Of a stretch of 64,000 nucleotides of DNA, positions 38,218 through 48,345 are shown piece after piece; positions within the stretch are counted from its first letter, which is position 1; each line of letters opens with the position of its first letter. The DNA is from a bacterium (GTDB lineage: Bacteria > Auribacterota > JABMQX01), in NCBI GenBank assembly GCA_030691545.1, contig JAUYEE010000330.1, forward strand, positions 67,553 through 131,552, read 5' to 3'. Below the pieces are notes generated by a model. The model was not told the origin of the DNA. It saw only the letters and a list, made by a program, of their open reading frames with translations, and searched no databases. Made by a program: the position numbers and the translations under genes.

Positions 38218-39609
38218 GTGAAAACTCAAATCTCGGTCTTGATCGTTGACGACGATGATGAGGTTCGCAATCTGTGCGCCGCCATAGTCTCCAATGTTGG
38301 CTTTCTCCCCCGGGCGGCTTCCAACACCGTCGAGGCACGGACGCTCCTGGGACAGGCCAAGCCCGACCTCGTTCTCCTTGACCTGCGTCTTCCCGACGGC
38401 GACGGGACCGACCTCCTGAAAGAGATCAAGGAAAACAGCCCCCAGACGGAAGTCATCGTCATCACCGCCTACGGGACCATCCGGTCCGCCGTGGACGCCA
38501 TGAAGATGGGCGCCTATCATTACATCACCAAGCCCTTCAGCACGCGGGACATGATTGTGCTTCTTCGCAACGCTGCCCGACGCCATCCGGAGAAATCCTC
38601 TTCCATCCAGGCGGCTGACGACCTGGATTCCGAGGGGTTTCACGGCATCATCGGCGTGTCTTCCTGCATGAAGAAAATCTACAGTCTCATTCGCAGGCTC
38701 GGCAATGTGGACAGCACCGTTCTGATTCAGGGCGAAAGCGGGACCGGCAAGGAACTGGTCGCAAGAGCGATCCATGCCTGCGGGCCCAACGCGGACAAGC
38801 CCTTTATCCCCATTGACTGCAACATCTTGAATGAGAACATCATTGAAAGCGAGCTGTTCGGACACCTCAAGGGCGCCTTCACCGGCGCCACACGAGACCG
38901 CGATGGGCTCTTCAAAGTCGCCGGAAAAGGGACGGTCTTTCTCGATGAAATCTCCGAAATCGCCCTCGAGATCCAGACCAAGCTCCTCCGCGCCATCCAG
39001 GAGCGGACGATGAAACCCGTCGGCAGTACCAGGCAAATCGAGTTCGACGCCCGAATCATCGCCGCCACTCACCGGGACCTTGAGGCGGAGGTCAAGCGGG
39101 GCGCCTTTCGCGAGGACCTCTTCTACCGTCTCAACGTCATCCCCATCACCGTACCGCCTTTGCGCTATCGCAAGGAGGACATCCCCGTCCTGGTCAGTCA
39201 GTTCATTCAAACCTTCAGTGTCGCCAAGAAGCAACCCTGCACTCTCTCCGGGGCCGCGTTATCCGCACTCACAGAATACGATTGGCCCGGGAACGTCCGT
39301 GAGCTTGAGAACTGCATTGAGCAGGCTGTTGCCCTGAGCCTCTCCCCGGTTATTGACGTTGACGACCTCCCCCTGAGAATTCGCCGCAAGGAGCGAGTTC
39401 ACACTCCCCTGGCGGGAGCGAAGTGTCTCCGCGAGCTGGAGCGTGAGGCAATCCTCGCGGCTCTCCGCGACACGAACGGAAACCGAAGGCAAGCCGCTCG
39501 CCTCCTCGGCATCGCGGAAAGCACCCTCTATTTGAAGTTGAAGGAGATGAAATCGGAGATTTGCGACCTGCCGAGCCGCTCCCGCGGCAAGAGTCTCCCC
39601 AGAGTGTAA
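38218..39609 (+). CDS. sigma-54-dependent response regulator (NtrC family), orphan
   Basis: REC domain (VLIVDDDDEV..DLVLLDLRLPDG), AAA+ sigma-54 interaction domain (GESGTGKELVARAIH, GAFTGA), C-terminal Fis-type HTH. GTG 38218 after AAGGAGG. Confidence 0.9.
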   Translation: MKTQISVLIVDDDDEVRNLCAAIVSNVGFLPRAASNTVEARTLLGQAKPDLVLLDLRLPDGDGTDLLKEIKENSPQTEVIVITAYGTIRSAVDAMKMGAYHYITKPFSTRDMIVLLRNAARRHPEKSSSIQAADDLDSEGFHGIIGVSSCMKKIYSLIRRLGNVDSTVLIQGESGTGKELVARAIHACGPNADKPFIPIDCNILNENIIESELFGHLKGAFTGATRDRDGLFKVAGKGTVFLDEISEIALEIQTKLLRAIQERTMKPVGSTRQIEFDARIIAATHRDLEAEVKRGAFREDLFYRLNVIPITVPPLRYRKEDIPVLVSQFIQTFSVAKKQPCTLSGAALSALTEYDWPGNVRELENCIEQAVALSLSPVIDVDDLPLRIRRKERVHTPLAGAKCLRELEREAILAALRDTNGNRRQAARLLGIAESTLYLKLKEMKSEICDLPSRSRGKSLPRV

Positions 39610-40193
39610 GCTCCACTTTCACGGGAGAATCCTCAGAAGGAAGATGTGCCCGAACTCCCACTCCGATGCCCGTTTCGCGTCTCGCAGAAGTATCGCGATC
39701 CCCCACTCCTTTCCAAGCAGCGCCGAGTCGAACAGCCCCCCGGCGACCGGAGGCGCACCCCACACCGGCACGCCCCGGAGGACTTGGGGCCGACCCATGG
39801 TTGCACGAACTCAAAAGAGTGCGGGTGGGGGGGGAGATAGAAACTTATGGTCGCCGCGTCCGGCGGCGGCATGATTGTGTCGCCGCTGCTTCAGGAGCGG
39901 GTCCCATCTGCCAGTTGTACGGCCCTCACCGCGAACACGTTGTAATCGAGGGGGTGCCTGTCCAGTTGATTCCGGCCTACAACCCTCTGGTCGAATAAGC
40001 TGTTGCGGCCGCCAAAGAAATGCGTTACAAGTGCACAACAAGAGTGCTTCGGGCGGAGCATCTCCTCGCGATTATGCTGCAGACGCACCGGCCGAAAGAC
40101 AGAACGCGGATGCCCCCTGAGCTCGTATCAGTTCTGGTCAAACAGGCTTCTGGCTTATTATGAGACGCAATCATTGAGAAGAAAGGAGTCCCG

Positions 40194-41198
40194 ATGACGG
40201 ATTTAAAAACCAAAGAACCCGATATCCCCGCGGCAGGGAGGTGGGTCTCCTTCCGTTCGGAGATCACGTTGCTGGATTGCACGATTCGTGACGGGGGACT
40301 GATGAACGATCACGCCTTCAATGACGAAACGGTGAAGGCGGTGTATAACGCCTGCGTTCAGGCTGGCATTGACTATATGGAATTGGGATACAAGGGGTCC
40401 AAGAAGATTTTTTCCCCGGACGAGTTTGGCAGATGGAAGTTCTGCGCTGAGGAGGACATAAGACGCATTGTCGGTGAAAACGATACGTCCTTGAAACTCT
40501 CTGTTATGGCAGACGCCGAGCGAACCGACTACCACACCGACATCTTGCCAAAAGAGGAAAGCGTGCTGGATATGATTCGCGTCGCATCCTATATCCACCA
40601 GATACCTACAGCGCTGGATATGATAAAGGATGCTCATGACAAGGGTTATGAGACGACCATTAACCTGATGGCGGTTTCAACGGTTAACGAGCACGAACTC
40701 AATGAGGCGCTGGCGTTGCTGGCGTCTTCGGAAGTGGATGTCATCTATCTGGTGGACAGTTTTGGCGCCCTTTATAGTGAGCAGGTCCAATACTACATGC
40801 GGAAGTATCTCCACTACGCCAAATCAAAACAGAAACAGGTCGGGATGCACGCCCACAACAACCAGCAATTGGCGTACGCGAATACGATTGAGGCGATTGT
40901 CATGGGGGCGAATATGCTTGACGGCAGCATGGCAGGCCTTGGTCGCGGTGCGGGCAATTGCCCTATCGAATCGCTGCTTGGTTTCCTTCACAACCCGAAG
41001 TTTCACCTCAGACCTGTGCTTCAGTGTATCCAGGAGCAGATCGAACCTCTTCGCAAGGACCTTCTCTGGGGATTTGATATACCGTACATGATCACGGGGC
41101 TTCTCAATCAGCATCCCCGTGCTGCGATGAAGTTCAACGCTTCCAAGGACAGAGGCGACCTGGCCAAGTTCTTCGATATGATGACTGAAGAAGAATGA
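40194..41198 (+). CDS. DRE-TIM metallolyase (HMGL-like / pyruvate carboxyltransferase family aldolase)
   Basis: LLDCTIRDGG N-terminal motif and TIM-barrel metal ligands (H..H); AAGGAG RBS. Confidence 0.7.
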   Translation: MTDLKTKEPDIPAAGRWVSFRSEITLLDCTIRDGGLMNDHAFNDETVKAVYNACVQAGIDYMELGYKGSKKIFSPDEFGRWKFCAEEDIRRIVGENDTSLKLSVMADAERTDYHTDILPKEESVLDMIRVASYIHQIPTALDMIKDAHDKGYETTINLMAVSTVNEHELNEALALLASSEVDVIYLVDSFGALYSEQVQYYMRKYLHYAKSKQKQVGMHAHNNQQLAYANTIEAIVMGANMLDGSMAGLGRGAGNCPIESLLGFLHNPKFHLRPVLQCIQEQIEPLRKDLLWGFDIPYMITGLLNQHPRAAMKFNASKDRGDLAKFFDMMTEEE

Positions 41199-41406
41199 AC
41201 CTGGAGATGGGCTCATTTGCGGTCTGTGGAGCGTCTTTGGCTGAGTTTCGGCGTGCAGAGTCCACGGAGCGCCCCCGGAGTCGCAATCGTTGCAAAGTCA
41301 ATGTCCGCAAGCACCGGGCCCCGTGGACCCCGGCGGACAACCGGGGGATTGATTCTGTGAAACTCGCAGTTTCTCGCGTTGAAACCCCAAGGAGGAACGA
41401 ACAAAG

Positions 41407-42366
41407 ATGACGAGTGATCGCTGTATATCGAGACGGATGTTCCTGGCTTCCAGTGCCTCCGGCATTGTTGCTGCGGGATTGACGCCGTTTGCGGCACGGG
41501 GCGATTCGAAGGGCGGAAGCGGCATGCCCACGCCGTTTCGCTACTCCCTGAACATGGGGACGGTCATGGGGCACAAGCTCAGCCTCGAGCAGGAGATCGA
41601 AATCGCGGCGAAAGCAGGCTACGACGCCGTCGAGCCGTGGATTCGCAAGATCGAGGAGTACCGTAACGGCGGCGGCTCCCTGAAAGACCTCGGAAAGCGA
41701 ATCCGCGACCTCGGGCTGACAGTCGAGGGCGCCATCGGGTTCACTCGGTGGATTGTGGATGACGATGCGGCTCGTGCCCAGGGTCTGGAACAGTATAAGC
41801 GAGAAATGGCCATGCTGGCGGAAATGGGGGGCAAGCGCATCGCGGCGCCCCCCGCCGGAGCGACCGGCGACCCGAAGCTCGACCTGACGAAAGCAGCCGA
41901 GCGCTACCGCGCACTTTTGGGCATTGGCGACGAAGTCGGCGTGACGCCTGCCCTCGAGATATGGGGTTCCTCTAAGAATCTTGGTCGCCTGTCGGAGGCA
42001 GCGTTTGTGGCTATCGAGAGCGGACATCCCAAAGCCTGCATTATCCCGGACGTATTTCACATGTACAAAGGGGGCTCGGGTTTCCACGGGGTGAAGCTCG
42101 TCAGCAACCGGATGATTCCCGTCTTTCACTTGAACGACTATCCCGCTGACCCGCCGCGTGAGCGGATTTCCGACAGAGACCGCGTTTTCCCCGGCGACGG
42201 CATCGCCCCGCTCTCCCAGATTCTTCGAGACCTTTACGACAACGGCGCCGGGACAGTCCTTTCGCTCGAGCTGTTTAATCCCGCCTACTGGCGAGAGGAC
42301 GCCTTGACCGTTGCCAAGACCGGGCTCGAGAAGATGAAAACGTCCGTCGAGAAAGCTCTGAGCTGA
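41407..42366 (+). CDS. Tat-exported sugar phosphate isomerase/epimerase (xylose-isomerase-like TIM barrel)
   Basis: Tat motif SRRMFLASSASGIVAAGL; AP-endonuclease-2/xylose isomerase-like barrel; AAGGAGG RBS. Confidence 0.8.
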   Translation: MTSDRCISRRMFLASSASGIVAAGLTPFAARGDSKGGSGMPTPFRYSLNMGTVMGHKLSLEQEIEIAAKAGYDAVEPWIRKIEEYRNGGGSLKDLGKRIRDLGLTVEGAIGFTRWIVDDDAARAQGLEQYKREMAMLAEMGGKRIAAPPAGATGDPKLDLTKAAERYRALLGIGDEVGVTPALEIWGSSKNLGRLSEAAFVAIESGHPKACIIPDVFHMYKGGSGFHGVKLVSNRMIPVFHLNDYPADPPRERISDRDRVFPGDGIAPLSQILRDLYDNGAGTVLSLELFNPAYWREDALTVAKTGLEKMKTSVEKALS

Positions 42367-42502
42367 GGGCGCCTCGTCCCCTTGTGAGTCTTATCCTTTG
42401 ACAAGACGAACCGCCCGGCTACAATGAGGCCGTTCTATTGCGGCTGGGCCTCGCGTCATCAACAAAGCCAAGCCGCAAGAAACCATTTCTCAGGAGGCGC
42501 CT

Positions 42503-43858
42503 ATGAAAGCAACGCTATGTTTCGCAACGGTGTTCATCCTCTGCATCAGCCCGGCAGCGAATGGAGAAGGGCTGAGTCCCGCCGAGAGAGACCGCATTCA
42601 GACGGTGATTGACGCAGTTGAGGAAGAGTGCCTGACCCCGCCGTACGTCTATACGATTGGAATCGTCAAGGCGAAACGGTTGGCGGAGCTTGTCCGCGAG
42701 AGAAAACCGCAACTCGTCGTCGAGTGCGGCTCCGCCGTCGGGTACTCCGGGCTGTGGATTGCGCGGGAGCTTAAGGCCGTTGGCGGCGGCAAACTCATCA
42801 CCATCGAGATTGATCCGGAAACCGCACAGAAGGCTCAGGAGAATTTCCGAAAAGCCGGCCTCGCGGACCTGATAACGCTTAAAGTCGGGGACGCCACGAA
42901 ACTCGTCAAAGAAATCGCCGGACCCATTGACTTCGCCTTCATTGACTGCAATGGGGAAAACTACCTCCCCTGCTTTCTGGGAATGGAGAAGAATCTCTCG
43001 CCGGGCGCGGTGGTTGTTGCGGATAACGTCGGGGTTTCCCCGCGGCAGGTGCGGAACTACCTGAAGCACGTCCGCACAAATTACGAGAGCCGCGAGGAAT
43101 GGTTCGACGTGAACCTTCCGTGGGCAAAACGCGACTCCATGGAAGTGACAATCATCAAGCCGCCGCAAACAGCCGACAACGTTCCGCCGCCCGGATTCAG
43201 GGCATTGTTTAATGGGCGGGATTTCACAGGTTGGAACGTCCCCGAGGGCGATGGCGGGCACTGGAAAATCATTGACGGCGTGATTGACTACGACGCCCAG
43301 AGCGAGGCGAAAGGCGACAAGAGCCTCTGGCACACGGAAGATTTCGGCGATTTCGTTCTTCGCGTGGATTGGCGGATCAAGGAGACGCCCTACGTCAACC
43401 CGAACGTCCCGTACATCCTGCCCGACGGCACGCACGCTCGCGACATACACGGCAAGGAGTATCGGTTCTCGCTCCCCGACTCCGATTCCGGCATCTACCT
43501 CCGCGGTTCCGGGAAGAACCAGGTGAACATCTGGTGCTGGCCCATTGGTTCCGGCGAGTTCTACGGCTATCGCACGGATTCCTCCCAGCCGCCGGAAGTC
43601 CGCGCCGGAGTGACGCCCCGCACGCAAGCCGATACGCCGGTTGGGGAATGGAACACGTTCGAGATCACCGTGCGCAGTGACCGCGTAAAAGTCGTCCTTA
43701 ACGGCAAGGTCGTCATACCCGACGCCCAGTTGCCCGGCGTCGCGCCGCGCGGACCCATCGGCTTGCAGCATCACGGCGGCAAGGGCGACGGACAGTGGAC
43801 CGGCCCGCCCAGTCTTCTCCAATTCAAGAACATCTTCATCAAGGAGCTTGATATATAA
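42503..43858 (+). CDS. class I SAM-dependent O-methyltransferase fused to DUF1080 (3-keto-disaccharide hydrolase-like) domain, secreted
   Basis: Signal peptide. Caffeoyl-CoA-OMT-like core (VVECGSAVGYSGLWIA..FAFIDCNGENY). C-terminal FNGRDFTGWNV...GPIGLQHHG is the DUF1080 signature. Confidence 0.75.
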   Translation: MKATLCFATVFILCISPAANGEGLSPAERDRIQTVIDAVEEECLTPPYVYTIGIVKAKRLAELVRERKPQLVVECGSAVGYSGLWIARELKAVGGGKLITIEIDPETAQKAQENFRKAGLADLITLKVGDATKLVKEIAGPIDFAFIDCNGENYLPCFLGMEKNLSPGAVVVADNVGVSPRQVRNYLKHVRTNYESREEWFDVNLPWAKRDSMEVTIIKPPQTADNVPPPGFRALFNGRDFTGWNVPEGDGGHWKIIDGVIDYDAQSEAKGDKSLWHTEDFGDFVLRVDWRIKETPYVNPNVPYILPDGTHARDIHGKEYRFSLPDSDSGIYLRGSGKNQVNIWCWPIGSGEFYGYRTDSSQPPEVRAGVTPRTQADTPVGEWNTFEITVRSDRVKVVLNGKVVIPDAQLPGVAPRGPIGLQHHGGKGDGQWTGPPSLLQFKNIFIKELDI

Positions 43859-43912
43859 CCCAGCGCTGAAGCCAAACACCCATTCCCTAACCCGAGACTG
43901 AGGAGCCCAGAT

Positions 43913-45310
43913 ATGAGCGAACAGAATTTCAGAAGTGAGCCGACTCTTTCCCGGCGAGACTTTGTGAAGGGAGCCGCGGTTACTGCCGCCGCTATAACGC
44001 TCGTCCCGCGTCACGTGCTCGGTGCGACGCACTTCGTCCCGCCCAGCGAGAAGGTCACAATTGCCGCCATCGGCATCGGCGATCAGGGCAAACGGGACAT
44101 GGAGAGGTTCCTCGAGCGAGACGACACGCGAATTATCGCTGTGTGCGACGTGGACGCCAATAACCGCAACGCCGCCCGCGACACGGTGAACAAGAAGTAC
44201 GGTGACAGGAACTGCGCCGCCTTCAACGATTTCCGCGAGCTCCTCGCCACGCAGAAGGACCTTGACGCCGTGCTGGCGGTGGTGCCTGACCACTCGCACG
44301 CGGTCGTTTCGATGGCCGCGTTGAAAGCTGGCAAGCATGTCTATTGCCAGAAGCCCTTCACCCACACCGTGTACGAGGCCCACAGGCTTGCGGAGGTGAC
44401 CCGCGAGACCAAGCTCGCCACTCAGCTCGGCACAGCCAACCAGGCGAGCGAAGGACGACGTGTCCTCCAGGAATGGATTGAGGACGGAGCTATCGGCGGC
44501 GTCCGCGAGGTGCACATCTGGACGAATCGCCCCTTCTGGCCTCAGGGGATAGACCGACCGACGGACACGCCACCTGTGCCAGCAACATTGGACTGGGACC
44601 TCTGGCTCGGACCGGCGCCTTTCCGCCCGTATCATCCCGCTTATCTCCCCTTGGTCTTCCGGGGCTGGTGGGATTTCGGCACCGGCGCCCTCGGCGATAT
44701 GGGCTGTTACGCCCTCGACACGGTCTTTCGTGTCCTTAGACTCAAGTACCCGACAAGCGTCGAAGCCTGCGGTTCCTGCTTCGCTCGAAAAATGTGGGAC
44801 CGGCTCGAGATGAACCGCGAGACGTTTCCTCGCGCTTCACTGATTCGATGGGAATTTCCCGCTCGGGGGGATGCGCCCCCGGTGACTGTGGTCTGGTACG
44901 ATGGCGGATTGCGACCGCCTCGCCCGAAGGACCTCGATGAGGCTCAAGACCTGGGCGAGGAAGGTGCCTACTACGTGGGAGATAAAGGCGCCTTGATGTC
45001 GCGCTTCGGTGGGGACGAGCCGCGGCTTGTCCCGGCGTCGAAAATGGCAGCCTACAAACAACCGCCGAAAACCCTGCCGCGTTCCATCGGGCATCACAGC
45101 GAGTGGATTCAGGCGTGCAAAGGAGGCGAGCCTGCTGGCGCCAACTTCGAGTTCTCAGCGCTGGTGACCGAAGCGATGCTCCTCGGCAACGTCGCTTTGC
45201 GAGCCGGCAACAAGAAACTTCACTGGGACGGACCGAGTTTCAAGGTCACAAACGTCCCTGAAGTCAATCAATACCTGCACCGAAAGTACCGCGAGGGCTG
45301 GACGCTGTAA
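43913..45310 (+). CDS. Tat-signal Gfo/Idh/MocA family oxidoreductase
   Basis: SRRDFVKGAAVTAAAITL Tat signal; Rossmann GIGDQG; Gfo/Idh/MocA C-terminal domain. Confidence 0.85.
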   Translation: MSEQNFRSEPTLSRRDFVKGAAVTAAAITLVPRHVLGATHFVPPSEKVTIAAIGIGDQGKRDMERFLERDDTRIIAVCDVDANNRNAARDTVNKKYGDRNCAAFNDFRELLATQKDLDAVLAVVPDHSHAVVSMAALKAGKHVYCQKPFTHTVYEAHRLAEVTRETKLATQLGTANQASEGRRVLQEWIEDGAIGGVREVHIWTNRPFWPQGIDRPTDTPPVPATLDWDLWLGPAPFRPYHPAYLPLVFRGWWDFGTGALGDMGCYALDTVFRVLRLKYPTSVEACGSCFARKMWDRLEMNRETFPRASLIRWEFPARGDAPPVTVVWYDGGLRPPRPKDLDEAQDLGEEGAYYVGDKGALMSRFGGDEPRLVPASKMAAYKQPPKTLPRSIGHHSEWIQACKGGEPAGANFEFSALVTEAMLLGNVALRAGNKKLHWDGPSFKVTNVPEVNQYLHRKYREGWTL

Positions 45311-45476
45311 GTATCGGGGCGGCCGCCCCAATCATATTCTCGCGATTACACCGGCGCTATGGGACCTCGCCGACGTTGCCCAATAGAGCTTCTGGATGAG
45401 CCTGCGTGTATCTCACGCTGGTAGGGCCGAGCCTCTCGAATGCGGTCCCGCCGTGGCGGGACTGCCGCTGTTGAAG

Positions 45477-45503
45477 GCGGGAGCTGTGCTCCCGCACTCC
45501 AAA
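45477..45503. repeat. REP-like hairpin element S2
   Basis: gcgggagctgtgctcccgcactccaaa, adjacent to hairpin gtcccgcc/ggcgggac; near-identical to S1. Confidence 0.5.
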
Positions 45504-45549
45504 ACGCGTCGAGACCGGCGGCGCGGCGTCTTCTTGGCGGGACCGCCAC

Positions 45550-45939
45550 TCACTCCGGTTCGTTGCCGACCAGAGGGCCGACACGATCGAGGCGGAAGTG
45601 CACGAGGAAACGCTGTTCCCCCTCGGACGGATGGCAGCCCGCGGGCGTGGTTCTTCGCCGCAAAGCCGCGATCCGTTGCGGATCCGTCTCTTCCTTCACT
45701 TTCGTCAGGTACAATCTCTTGCCTTTATATCCCCCGCCCGCCTCGACGAACAGATAGGCGGCATACGGATTCGATTGAAGGTTCTCGTGGCTGAGGTGAT
45801 CCGCCATGATGAACGCGACCGTCCCGTTCTCCATGACATGAGGATGCCCGTAAATTGCCACATCCACTCGCCCTTTCGAGTCCGCCGTCGCGAGCACTCC
45901 CGTCCCTTTCGCCGTCTCAAAATACTCTTTCAACTCCAT
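45550..45939 (-). CDS. pyridoxamine 5'-phosphate oxidase-like FMN-binding split-barrel protein
   Basis: TGVLATADSKGRVDVAIY pattern of the PNPOx-like family; 129 aa. Confidence 0.7.
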   Translation of the reverse strand: MELKEYFETAKGTGVLATADSKGRVDVAIYGHPHVMENGTVAFIMADHLSHENLQSNPYAAYLFVEAGGGYKGKRLYLTKVKEETDPQRIAALRRRTTPAGCHPSEGEQRFLVHFRLDRVGPLVGNEPE

Positions 45940-46218
45940 CCTTTGTCCTCCATCTTTTTACTCTGGCGTTCATTCTTAGTAGGCAAACGCCGAAGTCCGG
46001 CAGAATCGTTCCGAGTATTTACTGACCCTTGCGCGGCAATACAACAGAGCCGGCTTCATGAACGCGAGGGGGTCCTTTCTCCTGGCGGTCTGCGAGTCAC
46101 CCCGGCGCTCCCCCGGCGCCCCAAAGCCCGGCTTGTCTTGCTGCCAGCTCCCCAGGCCCAGGCTCAACGGGCAGGCAGCGGGCTGCTGTGTTTAGCCACC
46201 CCGCCTCGGGCGGGACGG

Positions 46219-48075
46219 TCACGTGTCGGGGTGGTCAACTGGAGGCCGCGGTGTCTCGAACTCGGCTTTCATCTCTCGCGGCAGGACTCGGACATTTCCT
46301 TCCTTGTCGCAGAAATAGAGCGTGGATTCGGACGGCTCTCTCGCGTGCCCGTCAGCCCATAGGGCATAGAACTCCGGGTGCACGTTCACAGGTCGCCGCG
46401 CATACGTGTGGTTGTATTGGCTGTTCTTTGTGAGCTGCTTGACCTTCTGCCAGCTTTGCCCCTGGTCCTTGCTGACCCACATCGCCATTTCGCCGCCGGT
46501 GTTGTAGGGCTGGGGTCCCGTCTCCGTCGGGGCTATGATTCGCCACGCGCCGTCCTCCTCGAGGTACAGCGACCCCATATCGTAATTGTTGTCGGAGGTC
46601 ATTGCGGGTCGGATTTCCCATTTCTCTCCCGTCCATCGAGCCGTCGTCCATGTTCGCGGATCGTTCTGTGGACCGGGGTCGTACCCCTTGCTGGTCAGAA
46701 ACAGAATCACCGGTCGCCCCTCTTTGTCGAGCCGAATGTCCTTCAGATAGACAAGCAGGTCCTCCGCTTGGTAGTCATGGACGAGCGCCGGATTGTTGAC
46801 CTCCGTCAATGGCAGCGTCAGCTTCTGCCCGTCCACCGTTTGCCACGTCTCGCCGAAGTCGTTTGTCTCCATGTAATACAGGTTCGTTTGCCAGTACAGC
46901 CCCTTCCCCTGGGGACCGTAATTGAACGCTGTAACCGCCTTCCTCCCGGACGGGGCGCTGATCTGGTAATGCCCCTCGTCAATCGCCGCGAGCCGCGTCC
47001 ATTCCGACCACGTCACTCCGTCCGCGCTCGTCGCAGAGTAGATCGTCCGCGGCGGATAGTCCTGTGTGGAGAAGCAGACGAATCCTTTTCCCGCAACGTG
47101 CCAGGCTTGCATGTACTCTTTGTTGTACCCCATCTTCGTCGCGGGGACAAACTCAAACTCGCCGATGTCGTACGGCTTCTTGCTTCGATGGATGTACGGG
47201 CTGGAGAAAACCCAGATATGCCCCTTGTCATCCACGGAAATGACCGGGTTTTCGCGCGGGTCATCGGTTTTCTTGTCGAGCAGGATCGTTGGCCGCGGCA
47301 CCATTCCGGTTTCATGGTCGTAGTACGAGACCATATGGAGGGGGTGCCGATAGCTGTCCTTCGTTGTCCCGCCATAGCAGAAAAACGTCTTTTTCACCGC
47401 ATCGCAGTAGACCGCAAATGGCTGACGCTCCGCGCAAGAGGTCCCCAGTCCCCCGCTGTACCTGTACACGTACTCATCGCCTGAAGGCTGACCAGTGTAC
47501 CAGATGCCCCGATAGCCATCAGCCTTTCTCTTGCGTGTCCGGATGAAGTCAAGCGTTTCCCGCCGACGTTGCTGGAATTCCTCCTCCGATATGAACTTCC
47601 AATAGGTGAACCCGAACAGCACAGGTCGGCCCACGTACTTCATCTTGTGGATATTGCATTCCCACCGCGTGGGCTTGTAGTAGTACATGACAATCAGATC
47701 GTCCGAGTTGTCCAGCCGCAGCCCCTCGTTGTAGCGATAGCAGGACACATCCTCGGACAGCGAACGGTGCCTCTCCCAGTACTCCATCGCCTTCTTTTGC
47801 AGGGCGTGGCATGTGAAGAAATCCGTCTCCGAACGCTCTGTGATGCATTGGCCGAGGGAGTCGAGTGGCGTCTTTCCGCCTCGTGGAAACCACCCGTCAT
47901 GCTCCTGCGCGTAATCCAGCAGGTAATGTTTGACGAAGCTCCGGCAGTTCGCGCAGGAGGCATAAGGGTTGTAATATTGCCTCCGCCAGTATCGGAGTTC
48001 GAGGAGAAGTGCCAGGGCGCCTGCGAGAAGAAGCAGAGGCAACAGGAGTCTGATAAGATGCCACCGAGTTTTCAT
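46219..48075 (-). CDS. membrane-anchored BNR-repeat (sialidase-like beta-propeller) protein with novel ~280-aa N-terminal domain
   Basis: N-terminal TM (MKTRWHLIRLLLPLLLLAGALALLL). BNR motifs SADGVTWSEW, TNDFGETWQ, SKDQGQSWQK. Confidence 0.75.
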   Translation of the reverse strand: MKTRWHLIRLLLPLLLLAGALALLLELRYWRRQYYNPYASCANCRSFVKHYLLDYAQEHDGWFPRGGKTPLDSLGQCITERSETDFFTCHALQKKAMEYWERHRSLSEDVSCYRYNEGLRLDNSDDLIVMYYYKPTRWECNIHKMKYVGRPVLFGFTYWKFISEEEFQQRRRETLDFIRTRKRKADGYRGIWYTGQPSGDEYVYRYSGGLGTSCAERQPFAVYCDAVKKTFFCYGGTTKDSYRHPLHMVSYYDHETGMVPRPTILLDKKTDDPRENPVISVDDKGHIWVFSSPYIHRSKKPYDIGEFEFVPATKMGYNKEYMQAWHVAGKGFVCFSTQDYPPRTIYSATSADGVTWSEWTRLAAIDEGHYQISAPSGRKAVTAFNYGPQGKGLYWQTNLYYMETNDFGETWQTVDGQKLTLPLTEVNNPALVHDYQAEDLLVYLKDIRLDKEGRPVILFLTSKGYDPGPQNDPRTWTTARWTGEKWEIRPAMTSDNNYDMGSLYLEEDGAWRIIAPTETGPQPYNTGGEMAMWVSKDQGQSWQKVKQLTKNSQYNHTYARRPVNVHPEFYALWADGHAREPSESTLYFCDKEGNVRVLPREMKAEFETPRPPVDHPDT

Positions 48076-48345
48076 GGGTCGCCGAACACTTTTCACCGGA
48101 TTTTCCTTTCCCCCTATGCGAATATAGCACCGCCCCACGCGCCGGGCAAGGACTCGCTGCTGCGTCTCTATCTTGGTGGCATGGGCATCGTGCTCATGTC
48201 AGGCATGCCTGGTGTCAATCACGGGCGAGACGCCTGTGACACAGGGGGTTGTTGTCTTCGCCCCGGCTGAGATGGGGGCCACCATTCGCATCCGCGGCGG
48301 CTACGTGGATGCTTTGAACCTTTTGCTGGCGGACGGCACTAAAGA

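Noticed and set aside
39781-39810. Sigma-54 promoter (GG-N10-GC) upstream of the DRE-TIM gene near ttggggccgacccatggttgca
   Set aside because: The spacing between the GG and TTGCA elements is wrong for the -24/-12 consensus.
39845-39940. 31-aa ORF MVAASGGGMIVSPLLQERVPSASCTALTANTL in the long gap before the DRE-TIM gene
   Set aside because: Weak RBS, no distinguishing features, and not conserved-looking. Listed only as a possibility.
42515-44635. 706-aa ORF antisense spanning two + strand genes
   Set aside because: It crosses the boundary between two well-supported genes (OMT-DUF1080 and Gfo/Idh/MocA). Junk composition; GC artefact.
46195-46233. Hairpin ccaccccg...cggggtgg as an intrinsic terminator for the BNR gene
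   Set aside because: The stem encloses the stop codon and no U-tract follows on the transcribed strand. More likely a structural element than a canonical terminator.
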